From an uncultured bacterium (GTDB lineage Bacteria; CAYJRR01): a stretch of DNA of 36,389 nt. Numbering within the stretch: the first letter of the stretch is position 1; the number at the start of each line of letters is the position of its first letter. The DNA lies in contig CAYJRR010000036.1 in assembly GCA_964372275.1 (NCBI GenBank), positions 1-36,389 on the forward strand, written 5' to 3'. The notes under the pieces are model-generated. The model saw nothing but the letters and a program-made list of their open reading frames with translations, was not told the DNA's origin and did not search any database. A program made the position numbers and the translations under genes. Below, one piece after another: positions 28,755 to 36,389 of the stretch.

Positions 28755-28964
28755 ATGGCGAAGAAGGGCGGAAAGAAGGCGGGCAAGGGCGGCGCGGCGT
28801 TCGTCGTCGGTTCCAAGGTGAAGGACGCGATCAAGAAGGCCGGGCTCCGGACCGCCGGCGACGCCATCGACGCGCTCAACGGCATGGTCGACTGGCACAT
28901 CAAGCGCGCCGTCGAGCGCGCCAAGTCGAACGGGCGGCAGACGATCCGTCCCTCCGACTTCTAG
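28755..28964 (+). CDS. Bacterial histone-fold protein (singlet) with a Lys/Gly-rich N-terminal tail
   Basis: 69 aa: VVGSKVKDAIK..G.RTAGDAIDALN..V...I.RAVERA..NGRQTIRPSDF, including the RxTxxxxD histone-fold signature. Resembles Leptospira/Bdellovibrio histones. Good RBS and promoter. Confidence 0.92.
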   Translation: MAKKGGKKAGKGGAAFVVGSKVKDAIKKAGLRTAGDAIDALNGMVDWHIKRAVERAKSNGRQTIRPSDF

Positions 28965-28967
28965 GGG

Positions 28968-29038
28968 TTCGGGGAGGCCCCGAGGAAGCCCGAAGGGCGG
29001 TCCGATTCGGGGAGTCCCCGAGGAAGCCCGAAGGGCGG
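28968..29038. repeat. Tandem pair of 33-bp double-hairpin units (REP-like) between convergent genes
   Basis: TTCGGGGAG(G/T)CCCCGAGGAAGCCCGAAGGGCGG at 28968-29000 and 29006-29038 (32/33 identical). Confidence 0.9.
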
Positions 29039-29086
29039 ATCGTCACGCGGCCGTGTGGGCCCCGCGAATGCGGGGCCAACGTACCT

Positions 29087-29740
29087 CTACGCCGGGCGGG
29101 CGACGACGACCCACAGCGTCGACAGGAAGCGGAACTTGGCGTGGATCTCCTCCACGCGCAGTCCCGCCGACTCCAGCATCGCGCGCAGCTGACGCTGGCT
29201 CATCCAGAGCGGGCTCGTCTTTCCGCGCGCCCGCTTCACCAGGTGCTTCAGCGCGTACTTGTCGACGTTGAAGGTGAGCACGACCGGTCCGCGGGAGACG
29301 CGCGCCAGCTCGCGGAAGACGCGGGGGCGCGACTCCGGCGGGATCAGGTGGAAGAAGCGGACGGTAAGCGTCCCGTCGATCGAGCCGTCGGGGAACGGCA
29401 GGTGCTCGGCATCGCACGCCTGGAACCCGAGCAGCCCGTCGGGCCGGCCGTCGATCTTGCGACGCGCCTCGGCGATCATCTCCCGCGAGATGTCGGCTCC
29501 GACAACCCGGTAGCCCTCGCGCAGGAGGAACTGCGTGAATCGCCCGGTTCCGCACGGGAGATCGAGCACGATCCCCCCCTTGGGGATGCCGCGCAGCGCC
29601 CGCCGCAACGTGCGCTCGTGGAGGATCTGCTTGATCCGGCCGCGGAACAGGCCCTGGTAACGGAGACGGTCGTACCCGCCCGCCATCTGCGGATCGCGAT
29701 ACATCGTCTTCCAGAAGCCGGTGTTCCTCTCGCCCTTCAC
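29087..29740 (-). CDS. Class I SAM-dependent methyltransferase
   Basis: VLDLPCGTGR, VVGADISREM, CDAEHLPFPDGSID, RFFHL, ELARV motifs. GAGGAG RBS immediately after the uvrC stop. Confidence 0.9.
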   Translation of the reverse strand: MKGERNTGFWKTMYRDPQMAGGYDRLRYQGLFRGRIKQILHERTLRRALRGIPKGGIVLDLPCGTGRFTQFLLREGYRVVGADISREMIAEARRKIDGRPDGLLGFQACDAEHLPFPDGSIDGTLTVRFFHLIPPESRPRVFRELARVSRGPVVLTFNVDKYALKHLVKRARGKTSPLWMSQRQLRAMLESAGLRVEEIHAKFRFLSTLWVVVARPA

Positions 29741-29749
29741 GGCCGCTCC

Positions 29750-31615
29750 TCAGCCTTTCGATTCCGGGTGGAAATGACGGTGGACCGCTTCGGCCGCGGC
29801 GCGCGTCATCGAGGGGGCCTTCGTGAGCTCCTCGACCGTCGCCTCCGCCACCCGGCGCGCGCTGCCGAAGGCGGCGAGCAGCGCGCGGCGGCGAGTCTCC
29901 CCGATCCCGGGCACGAGGTCGAGCGCCGATCGCAGCGTCGAGGCGCCGCGGGTCTGCCGGTGGAAGGCGATGGCGAAGCGGTGCGCCTCGTCGCGGATCC
30001 GCTGCAGGAGGAACAGCCCGCCGCGCTCGCGCTGGAACGGGACCGGGTTGGCGCGACCCGGCACGAAGACCCGCTCCTCCGCCGACCCTTTCGCCTTTCC
30101 GTGCGCCGGGTCCTTGGCCAACGCCGCCAGACGCACCCCGGCGATCCCGAGCTCGGCGAGCACCGCCTCCGCGATCCCGAGCTGCCCCTTCCCCCCGTCG
30201 ACGACGAGCAGGTCGGGAAGCGCCCACGTCCCCTCGTTGGCCGGTGCGAGCGCGGATCGGCGGAAGCGGCGGGAGAGCACCTCGCGCATCATCGAAAAGT
30301 CGGACAGTTCCTGGCCGGCGGCGCGCACCGTTTCCAGGTCCCGGACGTGGAATCGGCGGTAGAGCTCCTTCGTCGGCTTGCCGTCGACGAAGACGACCAC
30401 CGCCCCCACCGGCGCCTTTCCCTGGATCGTCGACAGGTCGACGCACTCGATCCGCGCCGGCGGCCCTTCCAGGTCGAGCGCCCGCGCCACGCTCTCCAGG
30501 TCGCGGCGCGCCGAGGCCGAGGCGTCGAATGCGCGGCGGAAGGCGCTCGCCGCGTTGGCGTCGGCGAGCTTCACCAGGTCGCGCTTCCCCCCTCGCTGCG
30601 GCGTGCGCACCTCGACCTTCGTCCCGCGCGTCCGCGAGAGCAGCTCCTGCATCACCTCCACCTCCGGCGTCTCGCGCGGCAGCAACGCCTCCGGCGGGAT
30701 CTCGCGCGTGCCGTAGTACTGGAGCAGGAAGCTGGAGAGGAGCTCGTCGTCGGCGGCGGCGGTCTCCTCGAAAACGAACGTCTGCGTGCCGACCAGGCGC
30801 CCGCCGCGGATCGAGAGCGCCGCGATGACGCCGCGCTCCCCTTCGCGATGCAGACCGAAGACGTCGCGGTCGGCCTCCTCGTGGGTGGTGAGCTTCTGCT
30901 CCTCGAGCACCCGCTCCACCGCTTGCAGCCGATCGCGCAGCCGCGCCGCCTTTTCGAACGACTGCGCCTCCGCGGCGGCCCGCATCTCCGACTCCAGCCG
31001 CTCCAGGAGCTCGGCGTTCTTCCCCCGCAGGAAGAGGTCGACCTGCTCGACGAGCCGCCGGTACTCCTCGCGCGACACGTAGTCGACGCACGGCGCGACG
31101 CAGCGCCCGATCTGGTACTCGAGGCACGGACGGGTGCGGTGGTAGAGCATCGTGTCTTCGCAGGTGCGTAGCGGGAACGTGCGCCGCAGGAACCGAAGCG
31201 TCTCCCGCACCGACCCGGCCGAGGAGTACGGCCCGTAGGTGAGGCTCGCCTTGTCAGGCTTCGGCCGCCGAACCACCGACAGCATCGGCCACTCGTGCCC
31301 CGCGTTGATCCGCAACGAGACGAACTCCTTGTCGTCGCGCAGCCGGAGGTTGTAGCGGGGCTGGTGCTTCTTGATCAGCGTGTTCTCGAGGAGCAGCGCC
31401 TCGGCTTCGTTGTCGGTGACGGTCGTCTCGACGGCGGCCGTCTTCGCCACCAGGAAGGCGACGGTCGGCCGCTCGTCGCCGCCGGCGAAGTACTGCCGCA
31501 CGCGGGAGCGGAGGCTCGCCGCCTTGCCGACGTAGATCACCCGGCCGGAGGCGTCGCGGAAGAGGTAGACGCCGGGGGAGGTGGGAAGGGTGTCGATGTC
31601 GACGGGGGATGTCAT
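29750..31615 (-). CDS. uvrC: Excinuclease ABC subunit C
   Basis: GIY-YIG-like LPTSPGVYLF..IYVGKA, EALLLEN.LIK..PRYN, CLEYQIGRCVAPC, UVR domain FEKAARLRD, RIECVDLS, PDLLVVDGGKGQ, RIRDEAHRFAI, HhH PGIG. Confidence 0.97.
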   Translation of the reverse strand: MTSPVDIDTLPTSPGVYLFRDASGRVIYVGKAASLRSRVRQYFAGGDERPTVAFLVAKTAAVETTVTDNEAEALLLENTLIKKHQPRYNLRLRDDKEFVSLRINAGHEWPMLSVVRRPKPDKASLTYGPYSSAGSVRETLRFLRRTFPLRTCEDTMLYHRTRPCLEYQIGRCVAPCVDYVSREEYRRLVEQVDLFLRGKNAELLERLESEMRAAAEAQSFEKAARLRDRLQAVERVLEEQKLTTHEEADRDVFGLHREGERGVIAALSIRGGRLVGTQTFVFEETAAADDELLSSFLLQYYGTREIPPEALLPRETPEVEVMQELLSRTRGTKVEVRTPQRGGKRDLVKLADANAASAFRRAFDASASARRDLESVARALDLEGPPARIECVDLSTIQGKAPVGAVVVFVDGKPTKELYRRFHVRDLETVRAAGQELSDFSMMREVLSRRFRRSALAPANEGTWALPDLLVVDGGKGQLGIAEAVLAELGIAGVRLAALAKDPAHGKAKGSAEERVFVPGRANPVPFQRERGGLFLLQRIRDEAHRFAIAFHRQTRGASTLRSALDLVPGIGETRRRALLAAFGSARRVAEATVEELTKAPSMTRAAAEAVHRHFHPESKG

Positions 31616-31663
31616 CTGTCGTGCGCGGGAGGCGGTGCAATCGCGGCCGGGACCGGGGGCGCG

Positions 31664-31807
31664 ACCGAGGCCGAAACCGTAGCCGTTTCCGTGTCCGTAG
31701 CCGAAGCCGTATCCGTAGCCGAAAACGATCCGATCCCGAACCCGTATCCGTTCCCTTCCGACTCCGACTCCGGCTCCCTTCCACCGGGCCCACGGGGAAG
31801 GGAGCCG
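31664..31807. repeat. Degenerate hexamer tandem array (NCCGWN) followed by a 12-bp hairpin related to 25733-25801
   Basis: accgag gccgaa accgta gccgtt tccgtg tccgta gccgaa gccgta tccgta gccgaa..., then CGGCTCCCTTCC / 13 nt / GGAAGGGAGCCG. Confidence 0.8.
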
Positions 31808-31988
31808 TCGTGCGGCGAGCCATTTCGGAAACTCCCGAGGGAAGACGGCGGCGATCCCCTCGTACGCGCCGAGGGCGAGGCGGCCGATCCGCCCGGGCGC
31901 GGCGGAGGGGGTGAAAAGTTGCCATTCGCCGGGCGTGCGATGCCCCATCCGCACGGACCGATACAACGCAAAATCAGCTACTTATCCA

Positions 31989-32004
31989 TGGCACGCCCGA
32001 TGCT
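31989..32004 (+). promoter_or_regulatory. Putative sigma54 promoter
   Basis: TGGCACGCCCGATGCT vs consensus TGGCACG-N4-TTGCW, preceded by an AT-rich tract and 26 nt before ATG 32031. Confidence 0.72.
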
Positions 32005-32030
32005 GAACCCTCCCCATGAGGGGGAACGCC

Positions 32031-32339
32031 ATGACGCGCATCGCCATCGTGGTTCTGGGGATCCTGGCACCGGTCGCCGCTTTCGCCTACGAGGCGACGA
32101 CTCTGGTCGACGCGCGCGCCAAGGGGATCGTCGAGGTGAAGCGGCCCGAATGCGACTGCCCGCCGATCGTGACCCTGGTGGAGGGGGAGTCCCGCACCCT
32201 CGTCTCCGGTTCCCCCGCGCTCCTTCAGGAGCTTGCCCGCTTCGAAGGCCAGCCGAAGACGGTCGAAGGCACGCTCGAGCGCATCCGCTACCAATCCGCG
32301 ACGCCCAAAGAGACGATCGTCGCCAAGTCGATCCGCTGA
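32031..32339 (+). CDS. Small secreted hypothetical protein (CxC motif)
   Basis: GAGGGGG RBS, signal peptide MTRIAIVVLGILAPVAAFA, ECDCPP, beta-rich mature part. Confidence 0.72.
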   Translation: MTRIAIVVLGILAPVAAFAYEATTLVDARAKGIVEVKRPECDCPPIVTLVEGESRTLVSGSPALLQELARFEGQPKTVEGTLERIRYQSATPKETIVAKSIR

Positions 32340-32350
32340 TCGCATGCGGC

Positions 32351-33634
32351 ATGCGCGCCGGATGGACTCTCGGGGGCGCGAGGCGTAGCGTGGATCGGGT
32401 GCGCGCTTCAGCCCGGATCGCGGTGATCGCGTCGGCGGTGGCCCCCTTCGGCGCCGGGGCGGTCGAGAAGCCGAAGAGCTGCATCCGCTACGAGCTCGCG
32501 CCGCCGGGGATCAAGGGGGCCTACTACCACAAGCTCGAGAGCGAGCCGGACCGTGACGCCCACGGCATCCACGGCGTCGCGGTCCTCCCCCAGGTCCACT
32601 TCGACCCCACGCGGAACAAGAAGGAGAGGCCCTACGGCCTCGATCCAAAGGGCTACAAGGCGATCGTCTCGATGGACACGCCGAGCGTCTACCTGGGGGG
32701 GAACGCGGGGACCGAAGCCGACGTGGGGCTCACCTGGGACCGCGTCTACGACTCGCCATCGGGGGCTCCGGTCTACACCGACGCGAAGGAGGGGACCTCC
32801 GGAGGCGCACCCGCCAAGGAGATCCGCGTCGTCGCCGGTCCCAAGCCCGGCACCAAGCGGATCCAACGCGGCGACGGCACGATCCTCTGGGAGGGGGCCG
32901 CGGCGGAGGTCGGCCCCGAGATGAACCGCCTCGGGATCGTCCCGAACATGGCCTTCCGCCCCTACTGGCGGGACCAGAAACCCGAGTGCCGTGCCGACCC
33001 GACCAAGTGCTGGCACAACCCGAAGCTCACCGAAACGGCGGAAGGGAAGAGGAACCTCTACGTCTATCCGGGCCAGAAGGTCGACATGACGGTCGAGGAG
33101 GTTCTCGAGCAGCCGGACAATCCCAAAACTCCGGGACGGTTCAAGCCCGGCAGGCTCCGGCTGACGGTGGTCGGGCCGAACGGCGAGCGGTTCCAGACGG
33201 AGTTCGACGCCGCCAAGTTCGGCGAAGGCCGCCCGACGAACTGGAAGCGGGTCAATTCGATCGACCTCGCCAACAACGAGCGGAAAGAGGTCGCGAAGAC
33301 GGCGACGACCGCCACCGGCGGCGGTTGGAAGAGCGTCCATCTGCTCACCGGCCCCACGGGAAACCGACCGGTCCCGTTCACCTGCGGCACGATCGTCAAG
33401 GGGAACGACGCCGCGTTCAAGAACGGGGGATACCACAAGGTGTTCCACGTCTCGCCCATCCAGGCGTTCGGTGCCGTCACCGTCGACATCCACCCGGCCG
33501 GTCCACCTGCGGTTCCGGCCCTTCCCGGAGCGGCGTCGCAGGCGGGGACCAACGCCGGCCGAACCCAGGCGACGGTGCCGACCGCGCCCGCGGGCGGCGG
33601 CGGCGGCGCGATCGGCGCCGGGGTTCGCCGATGA
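32351..33634 (+). CDS. Secreted hypothetical protein, possibly YrpD-like beta-sandwich; start uncertain
   Basis: Strong GC3 coding bias from about 32460. Motif DTPSVYLGGNAGTEADVGLTW, FRPYWR, WKRVNSID. Pro/Ala/Gly-rich C-terminus. Confidence 0.72.
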   Translation: MRAGWTLGGARRSVDRVRASARIAVIASAVAPFGAGAVEKPKSCIRYELAPPGIKGAYYHKLESEPDRDAHGIHGVAVLPQVHFDPTRNKKERPYGLDPKGYKAIVSMDTPSVYLGGNAGTEADVGLTWDRVYDSPSGAPVYTDAKEGTSGGAPAKEIRVVAGPKPGTKRIQRGDGTILWEGAAAEVGPEMNRLGIVPNMAFRPYWRDQKPECRADPTKCWHNPKLTETAEGKRNLYVYPGQKVDMTVEEVLEQPDNPKTPGRFKPGRLRLTVVGPNGERFQTEFDAAKFGEGRPTNWKRVNSIDLANNERKEVAKTATTATGGGWKSVHLLTGPTGNRPVPFTCGTIVKGNDAAFKNGGYHKVFHVSPIQAFGAVTVDIHPAGPPAVPALPGAASQAGTNAGRTQATVPTAPAGGGGGAIGAGVRR

Positions 33635-33656
33635 CGCGGTCTAGCGGGTCCGACTT

Positions 33657-35768
33657 CTACGGCCGCGCGGCGATGGCGGCGGGCTCGACCTTGTAGAGCA
33701 CCTCTTTTTCGAAGGCGGCCATCGCACCGTCGAGCGTCGCTCGGCCGGAGTCGTCGCTCGCGAGTTCGAGGGTCGCTCCGTCCTGGAACCGGGTGACGCG
33801 ATAGGCGGTGAAAGGGGCGAGCCCCCGCAGCTCGATCGTCCCCGAATGGAGGCGGCTTCCGGCGGCCGGCTCCAGCCGGCGCATCTCGCAGCCGACGCGC
33901 GCGTCGAGACCCTCGGTCTGGACGAAGAAGGAGTAGTAGAGGGTCGGCCCCTTGCGCACCACGTGCCCCTCGGGGCGGTCGAAGCCGATGTCGTAGAGGT
34001 CGAGGTACTCGCCGGAGACGAGGTCCTCTTCGTAGTAGAAGTCGATCCAGCGCGACCATTCGGCGGCGCCCAGACCGGCGTCCCCGTCGATCTCCTCGAA
34101 CATCGTCATCAGCTTGCCGCCGAGCCCGAGCATGTTCTGGAAGCTGCCGGAGACCGGATTGTCGTCGCCGTAGGGATCGACGTAGGTGCCGACCAGCGCG
34201 CGTCGGCCCTGGATCGCCTTCAGCGACTTGAACTCGGCACGCGCCTGCCGGTCGTTCTTCGGATCGCCGATGTTGGTCAGGTGCTGCGGCATGTTCAGGA
34301 TCGATTGGGAACGGCCGTCGGGGCAGATCTCGATCACCATCCCCGGGAACTCCTCGTCGGCGATCCGGCGGATCTCGCCGTAGAGACCGGGAAGCGCGCG
34401 ATGGGAGGCGAGCGGGTCGTCGTCGGCGAAGTTGGGTGGCGAGGCGAGCTGGGCCGTCTGCGAATCGAGGTACAGGTGATCGATCCCCATCTCGCCGAAC
34501 GATCGCACCTGCGCGGCGACGTACTCCTGGACCTCGTCGTGGCTCGGATCGAGCAGGTGCAGGTCGTCGTCGTCCTCGAACGGTTCGCCGTCCCGCCCGA
34601 CGATCCGATGCTCGCCGAGCGCGTCGACCGCCTCGTCGCTCTCGGGATCGAGCTGCACCGGCTGGAACCACAGTCCGACCTTGAAGCCGGAGTCGTGGAG
34701 CGCGACGACCAGCTCCTGAAGTCCGTCGCGCGTCTCGAAGGGGATCGGGACGCGCGGGCGCCAGTCCCCCTCCGCTTCGAACCAGCCGTAGTCGAGCTGG
34801 ATCCAGGGGATGCGGTACTGCTGCAGGAGCGGGATCCGTTCGTGGATCTGCGCCGGCGTGAAGTCGCCGGAGCCGGGCGGATCGAGAAGCCAGGTCTTCC
34901 AATGGGGGAGCGCGGCCCAGGACGGAGCCGGCGCATCGCGGAGCGGCCGTCCGGCGTAGACCTCCAGCACCCGGGCGTAGCGCTCCAGCGGTCCGAAGAA
35001 GTCCCCCCGGTGGTAGGTGACGAAGACCGCGTCGGTGTTGAACCGCTCGCCCGCGTCGAAGCGCGTCTGCTGCGCCAGCGCGGCGGACGGGGCGTAGGTC
35101 GCCCCCAGCGAGATCCGCTCCCCGTCGACCGAGACCGGCAGCTCGTAGGTGCCGGGCCGGTGGGTCATCACCCCGACCGCCACCCCGCCGCTCGCGTTCC
35201 AGGCGTAGTTCAGCGGCACCCCGCCGTGGAGCATGCTGCCGCGCTTGGCATATCCGTCGGTGGCGGGGAGGCCCAGGTAGTCCTCCTCGAGGTATTCGGT
35301 GTCGTCGGCCGGACCGTAGTAGACGCGCGCGCCGTCGCCGCCGGTGAGGGTCACGAAGACCGGCGTGCTGCGGTCGAGGCGCATCGCGCGGTCGAAGAGG
35401 TACTGGTGGGAGACGATCCAGGTGTCGGGGTGATCGCGGAGCGCTTCGATCCAGGTGACCCGCGTCACCCCGTCCGCGCGTGCCACGATCCGGGTGAGAT
35501 CGGTCCAGCCGTAGGCTCCGAACAGGTTCGGGACGGAGGTCCGGCTCTCCTCGACGAAGACGGCCGGCCGGCCGTCGGCGGAAAGCTCGACGCCGATCTC
35601 GGCGAACGAGAGCCCCCCGGCGTAGGGCGAAGCATGGAACGAGATCCGACCGTCGGGGATGCGGCGCACCGCCGGCGCGGGGGCTCGACACGGCGCGGCG
35701 TCGCGCCGGCAGCCGGCGGCGCCCAGGAGGACCAGGGCCGGCATCAGTCGTCGCGCCGCGGCACGCAC
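33657..35768 (-). CDS. Glycoside hydrolase family 36-like (alpha-galactosidase/melibiase) lipoprotein
   Basis: Lipobox AAGC. WKTW, IQLDYGWF...GDW, LHDSGFKVGLWFQP, LLDPSH.EV, GIDHLYLD, VIEIC motifs. Confidence 0.8.
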   Translation of the reverse strand: MRAAARRLMPALVLLGAAGCRRDAAPCRAPAPAVRRIPDGRISFHASPYAGGLSFAEIGVELSADGRPAVFVEESRTSVPNLFGAYGWTDLTRIVARADGVTRVTWIEALRDHPDTWIVSHQYLFDRAMRLDRSTPVFVTLTGGDGARVYYGPADDTEYLEEDYLGLPATDGYAKRGSMLHGGVPLNYAWNASGGVAVGVMTHRPGTYELPVSVDGERISLGATYAPSAALAQQTRFDAGERFNTDAVFVTYHRGDFFGPLERYARVLEVYAGRPLRDAPAPSWAALPHWKTWLLDPPGSGDFTPAQIHERIPLLQQYRIPWIQLDYGWFEAEGDWRPRVPIPFETRDGLQELVVALHDSGFKVGLWFQPVQLDPESDEAVDALGEHRIVGRDGEPFEDDDDLHLLDPSHDEVQEYVAAQVRSFGEMGIDHLYLDSQTAQLASPPNFADDDPLASHRALPGLYGEIRRIADEEFPGMVIEICPDGRSQSILNMPQHLTNIGDPKNDRQARAEFKSLKAIQGRRALVGTYVDPYGDDNPVSGSFQNMLGLGGKLMTMFEEIDGDAGLGAAEWSRWIDFYYEEDLVSGEYLDLYDIGFDRPEGHVVRKGPTLYYSFFVQTEGLDARVGCEMRRLEPAAGSRLHSGTIELRGLAPFTAYRVTRFQDGATLELASDDSGRATLDGAMAAFEKEVLYKVEPAAIAARP

Positions 35769-35794
35769 GACCGGGGAGTATACGCCCGGCGGCG

Positions 35795-36389
35795 TCAGCT
35801 CTCCTCGTAGACGGCCAGCGCCTTCCCCTCCAGCTCCTTGATCCTGTCGCGCAAGACGGCGGCGCGCTCGAAGTCGAGGGCTTTCGACGCGTCGAGCATC
35901 TCCTCGCGGAGCTTCTCGACGCGCTTGGGGATCTCGCGGGCGGGGAGGTACTCCCCCTTCTTCTCGGCGGCGAGCGGCACCGTCACGTAGTCGGCCTCAT
36001 AGACCGAGCCGAGCACGTCGCGGATCTCCTTCGTCACCGACTGCGGCGTGATGCCGTGCGCGCGGTTGTAGGCGAGCTGCTTCTCGCGGCGGCGCGCCGT
36101 CTCCCCGAGCGCCTCGCGCATCGACCCGGTCTCGTGGTCGGCGTAGAGGATCACGCGCCCGTTCACGTTGCGCGCGGCGCGGCCGATCGTCTGGATGAGC
36201 GACCGGCCGCTCCGCAGGAACCCCTCCTTGTCGGCGTCGAGCACCGCCACCAGCGACACCTCGGGGATGTCGAGCCCCTCGCGCAGCAGGTTGATCCCAA
36301 CCAGCACGTCGAACGTCCCGAGGCGCAGGTCGCGCAGGATCTCCATCCGCTCCACGGTGTCGATGTCCGAGTGCAGGTAGCGGACCTTC
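35795..36389 (-). CDS. uvrB: Excinuclease ABC subunit B, C-terminal part (5' end outside the window)
   Basis: [84 protein letters not shown] domain [11 protein letters not shown]. Confidence 0.98.
   Translation of the reverse strand, partial: KVRYLHSDIDTVERMEILRDLRLGTFDVLVGINLLREGLDIPEVSLVAVLDADKEGFLRSGRSLIQTIGRAARNVNGRVILYADHETGSMREALGETARRREKQLAYNRAHGITPQSVTKEIRDVLGSVYEADYVTVPLAAEKKGEYLPAREIPKRVEKLREEMLDASKALDFERAAVLRDRIKELEGKALAVYEES

Noticed and set aside
28968-29038. Possible mini-CRISPR
   Set aside because: Only two units, a 5-bp spacer and no cas genes.
31612-31971. 119-aa ORF overlapping the uvrC start (ATGA), and a 117-aa N-terminal extension of uvrC
   Set aside because: Both are low-complexity translations of the hexamer array/hairpin with no RBS or coding bias. 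UvrC homology begins at 31615.
31616-31990. LexA/SOS box upstream of uvrC
   Set aside because: No convincing palindrome matching a LexA box I know.
1-36389. Mobile elements, prophage, tRNA or rRNA genes
   Set aside because: No transposase, integrase or phage motifs, no cloverleaf or rRNA-like sequence, and no obvious GC shift noticed by eye.

Overview
A very GC-rich, gene-dense bacterial chromosomal window. Gene content (DUF1592/DUF1552 pair, many PKD/IPT lipoproteins, several sigma54-type promoters) points to a Myxococcota/deltaproteobacterial-like organism, and a 10-N gap shows it is a scaffold. Left to right: (1) a minus-strand envelope cluster with a lipoprotein start, a giant gluzincin-peptidase/TolB-propeller/Omp85-like barrel gene interrupted by one in-frame TGA, and an outer-membrane barrel; (2) a MoxR-DUF58-VWA-VWA operon; (3) a PKD/CARDB/PPC lipoprotein, a secreted hypothetical and an M48 protease; (4) a split NHEJ system (Ku and LigD-polymerase on +, LigD-ligase on -) bracketing a DUF1592/DUF1552 pair; (5) IPT/TIG, PKD, small and TolB-like lipoproteins and a TPR lipoprotein; (6) a 69-aa bacterial histone-fold gene whose N-terminal tail matches the eukaryotic H4 tail at 9 of 11 residues; (7) a SAM methyltransferase, uvrC, two secreted proteins, a GH36-like lipoprotein and the 3' end of uvrB. 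Highlights are the tailed histone, the in-frame TGA, five sigma54-type promoters (one implying an ATT start), interleaved CARDB/PPC domains in two paralogs, and two intergenic hairpin repeat families. I saw no tRNA, rRNA, CRISPR array or transposase. All family calls come from motif recognition by eye, not database searches.
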